From assembly GCA_964614765.1 (NCBI GenBank), contig CAZTPK010000001.1:397-26721 (forward strand): a stretch of 26,325 bases of DNA, given 5' to 3'. Positions 10,996-20,023 of the stretch are shown piece after piece. Both the position numbers and the translations under genes were made by a program. The notes under the pieces are model-generated. The model saw only the letters and a program-made list of their open reading frames with translations, was not told where the DNA came from and did no database searches. Numbering within the stretch: the first letter of the stretch is position 1; every line of letters starts with the position of its first letter. The DNA is from an uncultured Gammaproteobacteria bacterium (lineage in GTDB: Bacteria; Pseudomonadota; Gammaproteobacteria; JAJPIJ01).

Positions 10996-12512
10996 TGGCG
11001 GTGCCGCGCACTCAGCCGGACGATCGCGAGCAGCGTCGACGCCAGCACGACCAGCAGTGCATTGCCGACCCTGACATAAGGGGTGGCACCGACATGCGCC
11101 GTAGCCTCGCCGGCCAGCACATTGGCGATGAACTGCGGCGAGCGGCCCGCGATCTCGCCGCGCGGATCGATGATTGCCGAGATTCCATTGTTGGTCGCGC
11201 GCAGCAGATACCTGCCGGTCTCGACCGCCCGCATGCGCGCTATCTCCAGATGCTGGTGCGGCGCCAGCGAATCGCCAAACCAAGCGTCATTGCTGACATT
11301 GACCAGCAGATGCGACTGCGGCAGGAAGTCGATCACCTCCTCACCGAAGGCGTCTTCGAAACAGACCGACGGCGCGAGCTTGAGCCCGGCGGCGGACAGC
11401 GGCGCCTGCTCCGGCGCACCGTGGCTGAATTCGGACATCGGAATGCTGAGGGACCGCAATATCGGCATGAGGACGGACTGGAACGGCGGATACTCCCCCA
11501 GCACCACCAGGTGACGTTTGTCGTAACGGCTCACCGCCGAACCCAAGGCGATGATGCTGTTGTAATAGCTGATGATGCGGCCCTGCTCGTCGCGGTCATC
11601 GACGGGCAGGCCAAGCACGATGTCGGTCCCCGAACGGGCCGCACGATCGTCGACCTCGGCGATGAAATCCTTCACCTCGGAGCCGAACGCCGGGATCGCC
11701 GTCTCCGGCCAGACGATGATCTCCACCTGACCCCAGTACCTCTCGCTCAAGTGCCGGTAAAGCTCGAGGGTCCGATTCTTCATCTCCGGATCCCACTTCT
11801 GGCTCTGCTCGATCCCGCCCTGCACGAGGGCGACCCGCACCGGCGCCCCCTCCGCTTTCGTCCACGAGACCTGCGAAAGCGCCACTGCCAGGCCCCATAC
11901 GGCGCTCAGCATCAGGACCGGACCCAGGCGCTCCCGGGGCATCGAGGCCAGCGCGCCGGCGCTCGCCGCGACGGCCAGACCGACCAGGTAGACTCCACCA
12001 ACCGGGGCGTAGCCCGCCAGCGGGCTTTCAATCTGGCTGTAGCCGACACTCAGCCAGGGGAACCCGGTGAACAACCAGCCGCGCAGCCACTCCCCGAGGG
12101 CCCAGAGCGCCGGCATGACAACCAGCAGCGAGGCGCGCGGGTTGATCCAGAACCAGCGCTGCGCGGCGTAGCCGACCAAGGCCGGGTATAACGCCATGAA
12201 CATGACCAGCAGCGCAGTGACCGACACCGAAAAGGCGAGCACCGGGAGCCCGAACTGATGCACGCTGATCTGCACCCAGGCGATGCCGTAGCCGAACATG
12301 CCAAGCCCGAACAGCCATCCGCGCCAGAAGGCGCGGCCCGGGCGCACATCGAGCCAGCATCGAAACAGGATCGCCAGCGAGAGCACGGCGACGAGGGACC
12401 AGCCATAAGGGGCAAAGGCCAGCGGCATCGCGGCGCCGGCGAGCAACGCCGCCAGATCGCAAAGATGGGCGCTGCGCCGGTTGTCGCCGAGGCCGTGACG
12501 ATTCAATCCCAT
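10992..12512 (-). CDS. lnt: Apolipoprotein N-acyltransferase
   Basis: Multiple TM helices, WLFTGFPW, IVWPETA, YDKRHLV..GEY, SVCFEDAF, NVSNDAWFG, RATNNGISA (E-K-C triad). Start uncertain: ATG 12512 or TTG 12572. Confidence 0.96.
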   Translation of the reverse strand: MGLNRHGLGDNRRSAHLCDLAALLAGAAMPLAFAPYGWSLVAVLSLAILFRCWLDVRPGRAFWRGWLFGLGMFGYGIAWVQISVHQFGLPVLAFSVSVTALLVMFMALYPALVGYAAQRWFWINPRASLLVVMPALWALGEWLRGWLFTGFPWLSVGYSQIESPLAGYAPVGGVYLVGLAVAASAGALASMPRERLGPVLMLSAVWGLAVALSQVSWTKAEGAPVRVALVQGGIEQSQKWDPEMKNRTLELYRHLSERYWGQVEIIVWPETAIPAFGSEVKDFIAEVDDRAARSGTDIVLGLPVDDRDEQGRIISYYNSIIALGSAVSRYDKRHLVVLGEYPPFQSVLMPILRSLSIPMSEFSHGAPEQAPLSAAGLKLAPSVCFEDAFGEEVIDFLPQSHLLVNVSNDAWFGDSLAPHQHLEIARMRAVETGRYLLRATNNGISAIIDPRGEIAGRSPQFIANVLAGEATAHVGATPYVRVGNALLVVLASTLLAIVRLSARHRQ

Positions 12513-12568
12513 TCTCCCGCTCGGCGGCTCGCCCGCCGTCCCCGTAGCCGCGGCAATCCGGCCGTAGG

Positions 12569-13447
12569 TCAACCGTTCGTGGCGCCTCGCGCTGCCGCCT
12601 CGTCCGACGGCTGGTGGCGGATGACGCGAAGTGTGTGGATGCGGCGTCGATCCGCGCGCAGCACCAGGAAACTGAACCCCTTGTACTCGAGCCGCTCCCC
12701 CTTCTTGGGCAGGTGCCCGAGCTCCTTCAGCACCAGGCCACCGATGGTGTCGTAATCGTCGTTGCCGAACTGGACGTTGAAGTAATCGTTGAACTCGGCA
12801 ATCGGCGTGCGCGCCTTGACCGTGAAGCGGGTGGTCCCGTGCGGCTTGATGTAGTCCTCGTCCTCGATGTCGTGCTCGTCCTCGATTTCCCCAACGATCT
12901 GCTCGATCACGTCCTCGATGCTGACCAGACCGGAAACGCCGCCGTACTCATCGACCACGATGGCCAGATGATTGCGGCTGGAGCGGAACTCGCGCAGCAG
13001 GATGTTCAGACGCTTGCTCTCCGGCACGAATACGGCCGGTCGAAGCACGTCCTTGAGCTGGAAGCGCTCGCCCGATTGCTGCGCGATGTAGGCGAGCAGG
13101 TCCTTTGCAAGCAGGATTCCGACGACCTGATCCTTGCGCTCGTTCATCACCGGGAAGCGCGAATGCCCGGAATCGATGACGGTCGGCAAGAATTCGCGCG
13201 GATCCACGCCTTCCTCGACAGCGACCATCTGCGAGCGCGGCACCATGATGTCGCGTACCTGCATCTCGGAGACTTGTAGCGCGCCCTCGAGCATCGCCAG
13301 GGTGTCGGTATCGACGAGGTTGGCGCGCTCCGCGTCACGCAGCACCTCGACCAGTTCGGCGCGGTCGCGCGGCTCAGTGCGAAAGACGCGCCGCAGCCTC
13401 TGCAACCATTTTGGCCTGCCCGTCCGCTTGTTGCCGGTGTCTGCCAT
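12569..13447 (-). CDS. corC: CBS-pair/CorC_HlyC Mg2+/Co2+ transport-associated protein CorC (YbeX)
   Basis: VRDIMVPRSQM, SGHSRFPV, FVPESKRL, VVDEYGGVSGLVSIEDVIEQIVGEIEDEHD, YDTIGGLV. Start is ATG 13447 or TTG 13462. Confidence 0.95.
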   Translation of the reverse strand: MADTGNKRTGRPKWLQRLRRVFRTEPRDRAELVEVLRDAERANLVDTDTLAMLEGALQVSEMQVRDIMVPRSQMVAVEEGVDPREFLPTVIDSGHSRFPVMNERKDQVVGILLAKDLLAYIAQQSGERFQLKDVLRPAVFVPESKRLNILLREFRSSRNHLAIVVDEYGGVSGLVSIEDVIEQIVGEIEDEHDIEDEDYIKPHGTTRFTVKARTPIAEFNDYFNVQFGNDDYDTIGGLVLKELGHLPKKGERLEYKGFSFLVLRADRRRIHTLRVIRHQPSDEAAARGATNG

Positions 13448-13458
13448 CGCCGTGAAAT

Positions 13459-13917
13459 TCAACCTGTATCGTAGGGATCGGGGTAGCCCAGCGACCGCAA
13501 TATCGATATCTCGCGGCGCTCCATCAACGCCGCCTCCGCCGCGCGCAGGTGGTCATAGCCCAGCAGATGCAGAACGCCGTGCACGACCATGTGCGCGTAG
13601 TGCGCAGCGGCCGGTTTATGCTGGTCGCGGGCCTCCGCGAGGATGACGGGAACACAGAGCACGATATCTCCCAGCCACGCCACGGCGTCGCCCGCGGTCT
13701 CGCCCGGGAAGGAAAGGACGTTGGTCGCATAGTCTCGGCCGCGCCATCGGCGATTCAGCGCCCGGCCCTCGCGCGCGCCGACGAAGCGCACCGTCAGATC
13801 CCCGTCCCGACGGCGCTCGGCGCGGAGCGCCGCCTGCGTCCATCTGCGTATCGACCGCGGGTGGGGCACGCCGCGACGTGGCGTGGCGTACTGAACGATG
13901 GTTCGCGCTCGCGCCAT
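13459..13917 (-). CDS. ybeY: rRNA maturation endoribonuclease YbeY
   Basis: LNRRWRGRDYATNVLSF, LGDIVLC, Zn motif HMVVHGVLHLLGYDH, MERREI. 1-bp overlap with the phoH stop (TGATG). Confidence 0.96.
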   Translation of the reverse strand: MARARTIVQYATPRRGVPHPRSIRRWTQAALRAERRRDGDLTVRFVGAREGRALNRRWRGRDYATNVLSFPGETAGDAVAWLGDIVLCVPVILAEARDQHKPAAAHYAHMVVHGVLHLLGYDHLRAAEAALMERREISILRSLGYPDPYDTG

Positions 13918-14912
13918 CAGCCGTCGGAGCCTGCCCGTCCCTGATCGAAGCTGTCGTACGCGTCGAGTATGCGCGCCACCACCGGGTGGCGCACGACATC
14001 CTTGGACCGGAAGAACGTGAAGCTTATGCCTTCGGTACCGGCGAGCACATCGATGACCTGCCGCAGTCCGGATGGCCGGTCGCGCGGCAGATCGACCTGG
14101 GTGATATCGCCGGTGACGACCGCGGTGGAGCCGAATCCGATGCGCGTCAGGAACATCTTCATCTGCTCGACGGTCGTGTTCTGCCCCTCGTCGAGGATGA
14201 TGAATGACTCGTTGAGCGTGCGGCCGCGCATGAACGCCAGCGGCGCAACCTCGATGACGCTGCGCTCGATCAGTTTCGCCACCCGCTCGAATCCGAGCAT
14301 TTCGTACAGCGCATCGTAAAGCGGCCTCAGGTACGGGTCGATCTTCTGCGACATGTCTCCCGGCAGAAATCCCAGCCGCGCGCCCGCCTCCACGGCCGGA
14401 CGCACCAGCACGAGCCGGCGCACGCGCGCGGACTCAAGCGCCTCCACCGCGCAGGCCACGGCGAGATAGGTCTTGCCCGTTCCGGCGGGACCGACGCCGA
14501 AACTGATGTCGTGCGATCGGATGGCCTGCAGATAGTTTCGCTGATTGGCGCCGCGCGGACGGACAACCGCCCGGCGGGTGCTTACCGCGATCGTCTCTCC
14601 GGCCCCGGTATCCCTGTCCAGCACGAGACTCTCGGCCTGCAGATGCAGGTGAACCTTGGCAGGCGTTAGCGTCCCCTCGCTGGTGAGCTTGTAGAGTCGT
14701 TCCAGGACGTCGCCTGCGGACTTGGTCGCGTCGGGCGCGCCCAGGATACGGAACAGGTTACCGCGATTGTTGATCTCCACGCCCAGCCGCTGCTCCATCT
14801 GGCGCAGGTGTTCATCGAACTGGCCGCAGAGATTCGCCAGACGCGCGTTGTCGAGTGGCTCGAGGACGACTTCGTGCGCCCGCGATCGGGGTAGGTTAAC
14901 AGGCGTGTTCAA
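13917..14912 (-). CDS. phoH: PhoH-like ATPase (YbeZ)
   Basis: [63 protein letters not shown] start overlaps the miaB end. Confidence 0.95.
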   Translation of the reverse strand: MNTPVNLPRSRAHEVVLEPLDNARLANLCGQFDEHLRQMEQRLGVEINNRGNLFRILGAPDATKSAGDVLERLYKLTSEGTLTPAKVHLHLQAESLVLDRDTGAGETIAVSTRRAVVRPRGANQRNYLQAIRSHDISFGVGPAGTGKTYLAVACAVEALESARVRRLVLVRPAVEAGARLGFLPGDMSQKIDPYLRPLYDALYEMLGFERVAKLIERSVIEVAPLAFMRGRTLNESFIILDEGQNTTVEQMKMFLTRIGFGSTAVVTGDITQVDLPRDRPSGLRQVIDVLAGTEGISFTFFRSKDVVRHPVVARILDAYDSFDQGRAGSDG

Positions 14913-16236
14913 GCTGATTCAGAAGTTGGCCGCGCAGCGAATTCGGAAGCGCCTCGGTGATGCGCACGTTCACGAATTCCCCGACGAGCCGCGCGGGGCC
15001 GTCGAAATTGACGAGGCGATTGTTCCCGGTACGGCCGCTCATCTGCGCGCGATCCTTGCGCGAGGCGCCGGTAACCAGCACGCGCTCGACGCTGCCGACC
15101 ATGCGCTGGCTCACCTCCGTTGACAGCTCCTCGATGCGGCGCTGCAGGACGGACAGCCGGTGCTTCTTCACCTCCATTGGGACGTCATCGGGCAGGTTCG
15201 ATGCCGGGGTGCCCGGCCTCCTGCTGTAAATGAAGCTGAATGAAGTGTCGAAGCCGACGTCATCGATCAGTCGCATCGTTGCGCCGAAGTCGGCATCGGT
15301 CTCCCCCGGGAATCCCACGATGAAATCGGTGCTCAGCGAAAGCTTCGGGCGCAGCTTGCGCAATCGCCGTATCTTCGCCTTGTACTCCAGGACGGTATGA
15401 CCCCGCTTCATCAGCGCCAGGATTCGATCCGAGCCGCTCTGCACGGGCAGGTGCAGATGGTCGACGAGCTCCGGCACCTCCGCGTACACCTCGATGAGCC
15501 GGTCGCTGAACTCCACCGGATGCGAGGTGGTGAACCGGATACGCCCGATACCGTCGATGGCGGCGACGTAGCGGATGAGCTCGGCGAGATCCGCGACCCC
15601 GCCGTCGTGCTTCGTGCCGCGGTAGGCGTTGACATTCTGGCCCAGCAACGTCACCTCGCGTACGCCTTGCTGCGCCAGTCCCGCAATCTCCGCCAGCACG
15701 TCGTCGAACGGACGGCTGAACTCCTCGCCGCGGGTGTAGGGCACGACGCAGAACGTGCAGTACTTGCTGCAGCCCTCCATGATGGAGACGAACGCCGTCG
15801 GGCCGTCCGCCCTGACCTCGGGAAGACGATCGAACTTCTCGATCTCTGGGAAACTTATGTCGATCGCACGCCGCCGCTGGCTCTCCACGGCATCCAGCAT
15901 CTGCGGCAGCCGGTGCACGGTCTGCGGCCCGAAGATGATGTCGACATAGGGGGCGCGCTTCCAGATCGCGGAGCCCTCCTGGCTGGCCACGCATCCGCCC
16001 ACGCCCAGCACGACCCCGGGGCGGGCCTCCTTGTACTCGCGCCACATGCCGAGCTGCGAGAACAGCTTCTCCTGCGGCTTCTCCCGCACTGAACAAGTGT
16101 TCACGAGCAGCACATCGGCCTCGGCAGGGTCCTCCGTGGTGACGAACCCGTGAGACGTCAGTACGTCGGCCATTCTGGCCGAGTCGTACTCGTTCATCTG
16201 ACAGCCAAAGGTCTTGATGTACAGCTTGCGCGCCAT
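14896..16236 (-). CDS. miaB: tRNA-2-methylthio-N6-dimethylallyladenosine synthase
   Basis: [24 protein letters not shown], radical-SAM [28 protein letters not shown]-terminal TRAM domain. Confidence 0.98.
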   Translation of the reverse strand: MARKLYIKTFGCQMNEYDSARMADVLTSHGFVTTEDPAEADVLLVNTCSVREKPQEKLFSQLGMWREYKEARPGVVLGVGGCVASQEGSAIWKRAPYVDIIFGPQTVHRLPQMLDAVESQRRRAIDISFPEIEKFDRLPEVRADGPTAFVSIMEGCSKYCTFCVVPYTRGEEFSRPFDDVLAEIAGLAQQGVREVTLLGQNVNAYRGTKHDGGVADLAELIRYVAAIDGIGRIRFTTSHPVEFSDRLIEVYAEVPELVDHLHLPVQSGSDRILALMKRGHTVLEYKAKIRRLRKLRPKLSLSTDFIVGFPGETDADFGATMRLIDDVGFDTSFSFIYSRRPGTPASNLPDDVPMEVKKHRLSVLQRRIEELSTEVSQRMVGSVERVLVTGASRKDRAQMSGRTGNNRLVNFDGPARLVGEFVNVRITEALPNSLRGQLLNQLEHAC

Positions 16237-16358
16237 GCCGGTATCGGGACGGGGAAGGCCGTTAAGTTAATCGTTTTGCGAGATTTTCGCCAGCAAGAAC
16301 ACCGTCGGCATCGCCTCCTCCCGGGCGCCGGGCCCAACCCGCCGCCCGCCCCCGCAAC

Positions 16359-16790
16359 TCAGGGCGGCGGGACCGCTGCGGCCACCGGGCACGGGTAACC
16401 CTGATGCAGCGCCTCGCCCACGAGGACGTAGGCCTCCTCGTCGAGTCGCTCCGGGCGGGCATGCAGCCAGGCCACCGCCCGGCGGCTAACGTCCTCCGGG
16501 CTGACCTGATTCGGATCGATGCAGAACAATCCCGGTCCATCGCCGGACTGCTGCATCATCGATACCGTCTGCACCAGCCCGACCATGAACGTCATGCAGA
16601 AGGTGTGCGCCTCCGCATCGGCCTCCCCACGCGTGCAGCTATCGAGGAGCTCGCGGCCGGTGAGCACCTGCTCCTCCACCGCCGGTTCGCCCTCCGGCAC
16701 CACCGGAGCCGCAGACGGATCCCCGGCCAACGCTGGCTGGGTCAGCATCGCCGCCAGGACCGCGGCGCTAACACATTGAACGAATTGCAT
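16359..16790 (-). CDS. Secreted Rap1a/Tai-family immunity-like protein
   Basis: AGGGG SD, ATG 16790, Sec signal (AAVLAAMLTQPALA), then the Rap1a pattern TGRELLDSC...FC..FMVGL...FCIDP...AVAWL..RPERL...A..LV.EAL...YPC with four Cys. 143 aa. The ORF-track extension to 17018 is not supported. Confidence 0.7.
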   Translation of the reverse strand: MQFVQCVSAAVLAAMLTQPALAGDPSAAPVVPEGEPAVEEQVLTGRELLDSCTRGEADAEAHTFCMTFMVGLVQTVSMMQQSGDGPGLFCIDPNQVSPEDVSRRAVAWLHARPERLDEEAYVLVGEALHQGYPCPVAAAVPPP

Positions 16791-17045
16791 ATCGTGTCCC
16801 CTGAATAACATCCTGCCCTCGTCGCCGGCCGACCGGCAGGCGATCATTGAACGTGTAACCCCGCCGCGACGGAGGGTCGGGGCGCCTGTGAGAGAACCAG
16901 TTCGCAGGACCATCGGGGCCGAGTGTCTCACAGTGCCCTCAAGCCTGTACAATGCAGATGTCCGACGAGAAATCCGACGTCCAACGACAAGGAGCACCCG
17001 CCGAAGAGCGGGTCCCAAGGAAAGCCTGTACCAAGGGTTAAGAGC

Positions 17046-17543
17046 ATGCCGAATTCCAACAAGCGCTATGCATTCGACCTCACCCGCCCGCTACACCGGT
17101 ATGTCTGGCAGATGGGCGGCCTGCTGGGCAAGTTCAGCCTGATCCTCGACAGCCTGGGCGTAGTAGGTCTGGGGCTGTCCGCCGCCGGCTTGCTGACGAT
17201 GGTGTTCGCCGAGAATGACCGCATCCTGGAGCTTGGCCTGCGCTCCGGGGTGATCGCGCTGTGCGCGGGCATCAGTTGCTTCGCCGTCGCCAGGCTGGTG
17301 GACTTCATCGGGAAATTCCTGAATGGGGAGGATCCGAGATCGCTCGTCCTCACGGAGCGCCAGAAACGCGCAACCGATTTCAGGGTCGCCAACGAGTCCA
17401 GCACCGACGCCGTGTGGCGGCAAAAGAACGCCCCGAGCACCTCAGCGACGAACGTACAGCCCCTTCGGGTCGTCGTAGGGGGCGAGCCGCCCACCGATAG
17501 CACGGCGCCGCCGGTGAGGACTGGTACGACCGACCGGCCTTAG
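17046..17543 (+). CDS. Hypothetical membrane protein, two predicted TM helices and a low-complexity C-terminal tail
   Basis: 165-aa ORF from ATG 17046 with hydrophobic segments LILDSLGVVGLGLSAAGLLTMVF and GVIALCAGISCFAVARLV. TACAAT -10-like element at 16948-16953. No family recognised. Confidence 0.65.
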   Translation: MPNSNKRYAFDLTRPLHRYVWQMGGLLGKFSLILDSLGVVGLGLSAAGLLTMVFAENDRILELGLRSGVIALCAGISCFAVARLVDFIGKFLNGEDPRSLVLTERQKRATDFRVANESSTDAVWRQKNAPSTSATNVQPLRVVVGGEPPTDSTAPPVRTGTTDRP

Positions 17544-17698
17544 CCCGGCACCGGGGCAGGTCGCACAGAGCGGACGGACCGGAGACACCGTCCCCCGGGA
17601 TGGCCATACCGGTCGGTCGCGTGCCGCCCGGCGACCACGCTCGGCGACTGCCGCGGGCCATCGGCGCAAGTTGACCCTTCCGAACCGAATCTCAGCCG

Positions 17699-18607
17699 TC
17701 AGCCCGCGCCGCGCGTGCGGGTAGTGGCGGCCTCCGCCGCCTTTTTCTCCGCGAATTCGACGATCAAGGCTGCGACGTCCTTGCCCGTGGCGCTTTCGAT
17801 CCCCTCCAGCCCGGGCGAGGAATTCACCTCTATCACCAGCGGGCCGCGACGCGAACGCAGGAGATCCACGCCGCAGACGTTCAAGCCGATGACTCTGGCC
17901 GCCTTCGCAGCCGTGGCGCGCTCCTCGGCAGCGATCTTGACGAGTTCTGCCGATCCGCCCCGATGCAGATTCGATCGAAACTCTCCCGCCCGCGCCTGCC
18001 GACGCATCGCCGCGATGACCTTGCCATTGATGACGAAGCATCGGATGTCGCTGCCCTGCGCCTCGCTTATGTACTCCTGGACGAGAATATCGGCCTTCAA
18101 CCCCATGAACGCCTCGATGACACTCTCGGCGGCGGTCACGGTCTCGGCAAGGACCACGCCGATTCCCTGGGTTCCCTCGAGAAGCTTGATCACCACCGGC
18201 GCGCCGCCCACCTTGCGGATGAGCTCCTGCACGTCGCTGTTTTCGTGCGCGAACCCGGTCGTCGGCAGGCCCACACCGCGGCGCGCGAGCAACTGCAGGC
18301 ACCGCAGTTTGTCGCGCGAGCGCGTGATGGCGACAGACTCATTAACGCTGAAGACGCCCATCATCTCGAACTGACGGACCACGGCGGCGCCGTAGAAGGT
18401 CACCGACGCGCCGATGCGCGGGATCACCGCATCGAATCCCTGCAATGGTTCTCCCTTGTAGAACATCTGCGGATTCTTTGACGTGATGTCCATGTAGCAG
18501 CGCAGGAAATCAATCACATGCACCTCATGGCCGCGCTGCGATGCGGCCTCCACGAGCCGCTGGGTTGAATAAAGCTTCGGATTGCGGGAGAGGATGCCGA
18601 TCTTCAT
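17699..18607 (-). CDS. rimK: RimK family ATP-grasp alpha-L-glutamate ligase (ribosomal protein S6 modification)
   Basis: [89 protein letters not shown]. Confidence 0.97.
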   Translation of the reverse strand: MKIGILSRNPKLYSTQRLVEAASQRGHEVHVIDFLRCYMDITSKNPQMFYKGEPLQGFDAVIPRIGASVTFYGAAVVRQFEMMGVFSVNESVAITRSRDKLRCLQLLARRGVGLPTTGFAHENSDVQELIRKVGGAPVVIKLLEGTQGIGVVLAETVTAAESVIEAFMGLKADILVQEYISEAQGSDIRCFVINGKVIAAMRRQARAGEFRSNLHRGGSAELVKIAAEERATAAKAARVIGLNVCGVDLLRSRRGPLVIEVNSSPGLEGIESATGKDVAALIVEFAEKKAAEAATTRTRGAG

Positions 18608-19125
18608 TGCCTGTTCTTTCGCGGCAACTTTGGCCTGCCGGCCAGGTACGATAGGGAGGGATCCACTGTCAGGCGATCGCGCATGGCGCTGCGCCCGAGC
18701 AGCATGCGATAGCGCATGGTGTCGCGATCGGTGATCGTGAGTTCTATCGGGTAGCGCAGATGCCCGAGCACGATGTCGGTGACGATGACAATCCGCCGTT
18801 CCTGATGACCCCCTGAATCGGTCACCGTACGCTCATCCACGATGTCGCATTCGCAGGCCACCGCAATGTCGGTGCGCAGGCGCCTCGGATGCAGCATGAA
18901 CCGCACGCGCGGAGCGCCATGCAGAAGGAAACGCTCCACGGAGTAAGCGTGCAGCGCGGAGGTCCTGGCACCGGTGTCGATCTTCGCCTTGATGGACCTT
19001 ATGTTGAATTGGGGGAGCGCCACCCACTCCCGCCAGCCGATCCGGATGATTCCGGCGTCAGGACGGTCTGGGGCATGCGCGCCGACCTGCTCGGGCTCCA
19101 CCCTCGAATCGACGGGATCAGGCAT
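18604..19125 (-). CDS. rimB: RimK-associated retropepsin-like protease (RimB-like, annotated as putative ATP-dependent zinc protease)
   Basis: [25 protein letters not shown] (DTG aspartic-protease motif), [28 protein letters not shown] overlap with rimK. Confidence 0.88.
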   Translation of the reverse strand: MPDPVDSRVEPEQVGAHAPDRPDAGIIRIGWREWVALPQFNIRSIKAKIDTGARTSALHAYSVERFLLHGAPRVRFMLHPRRLRTDIAVACECDIVDERTVTDSGGHQERRIVIVTDIVLGHLRYPIELTITDRDTMRYRMLLGRSAMRDRLTVDPSLSYLAGRPKLPRKNRQ

Positions 19126-19133
19126 GGCGCCAC

Positions 19134-19904
19134 TCAGGTAAGGAAACGACCACCGTCGAGACGGATGATCTGGCCGGTGCAGTACGCCGCATCGCGCACC
19201 AGATAGAGCACGGCGGCCGCCGCGTCCTCGGGCGTGCCGGGACGCGCCAGCGGCACGCGGGTCATGTACTCCCGCTTCATCTCCTCGCTGTAGGAATCGG
19301 CCCAGGCGACCACGCCCGGCGCGATGGCATTGACGGTCACGCGCGGCGCGAGCTCTATCGCGCAGGTGGCCGTGATCTCCATGAGGGCGGCCTTGGAGCT
19401 ATTGTAGGCCGCGAAATGCTGCAGCGGTTCGCCCATGACGTGTATGTCGATGAAGTTGACGATACGGCCGGGACTCGAGGGATCGTCGCTGTGGTAATGG
19501 GCGCACAACATCGGTGCAAACCTCTGTATCAGCATGAGCGGCGCGCGCGCATTGATAGCCTGATTGCGGTCGTATTGCTCCACGGTAATCGAACCGAACG
19601 GGGTCGGATCGAAGATGCTGGCGTTGTTCACGAGCACGTCCAATCGGTCGAACCGCGAGTTCAGCGCGCGATAGACCTGTTCGGCGGCATCGACGTCTTC
19701 CATCCTCACCTGCAGCGCGAAGGCGCATCGTCCCATGGCGGTAATCGCGGCGACGACTTCATCGGCCTCGGCGCGGCTTTGATTGTAGGTGATGACCACG
19801 TGCATTCCGGCTTTCGCCAAGGCAAGGGCGACTGCGCGGCCGACGCGCCTAGCGCCGCCTGTGACTAGCGCTACCTGATCAACGAGATGCTTTTGTAAGG
19901 CCAT
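19134..19904 (-). CDS. Pteridine-reductase-type short-chain dehydrogenase/reductase (FolM/PTR1-like)
   Basis: TGGARRVG (Arg in the glycine loop, typical of pteridine reductases), LVNNASIF, D...YNSSK catalytic set, ELAPRVTVNAIAPG, TGQIIRLDGG. The SDR call is secure; the substrate is inferred. Confidence 0.8.
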   Translation of the reverse strand: MALQKHLVDQVALVTGGARRVGRAVALALAKAGMHVVITYNQSRAEADEVVAAITAMGRCAFALQVRMEDVDAAEQVYRALNSRFDRLDVLVNNASIFDPTPFGSITVEQYDRNQAINARAPLMLIQRFAPMLCAHYHSDDPSSPGRIVNFIDIHVMGEPLQHFAAYNSSKAALMEITATCAIELAPRVTVNAIAPGVVAWADSYSEEMKREYMTRVPLARPGTPEDAAAAVLYLVRDAAYCTGQIIRLDGGRFLT

Positions 19905-19993
19905 TTTGTCAAGTTACCCGATTGTCGTCGCAGGCGTCCATTATGCCGCACTGCGGGAAAACGCAACCGGCCGATTCGGCGGAATGCGGGCAC

Positions 19994-20023
19994 TTGGCGG
20001 GTGCAACGGCTTTGGTCTATGCT
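19994..20023 (+). promoter_or_regulatory. Candidate sigma70 promoter for the cold-shock gene, implying a 5' UTR of about 110-115 nt
   Basis: TTGGCG (19994-19999), 18 nt, TATGCT (20018-20023). GGAG SD at 20131-20134. Confidence 0.4.

Noticed and set aside
10996-11283. N-terminal extension of srkA in the ORF track (438 aa)
   Set aside because: It lies within lnt on the same strand; homology starts after ATG 10995, which is coupled to the lnt stop.
16887-16932. TGTGAGA...TCTCACA inverted pair resembling CRP half-sites
   Set aside because: The spacer is 32 bp rather than 6 bp, so it is not a CRP/FNR site; likely chance.
17527-17619. 11-bp inverted repeat CGACCGACCGG/CCGGTCGGTCG at the convergent orphan/rimK junction
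   Set aside because: Low-complexity GC arms, no enclosed ORF and no target-site duplication; not supportable as a MITE or terminator.
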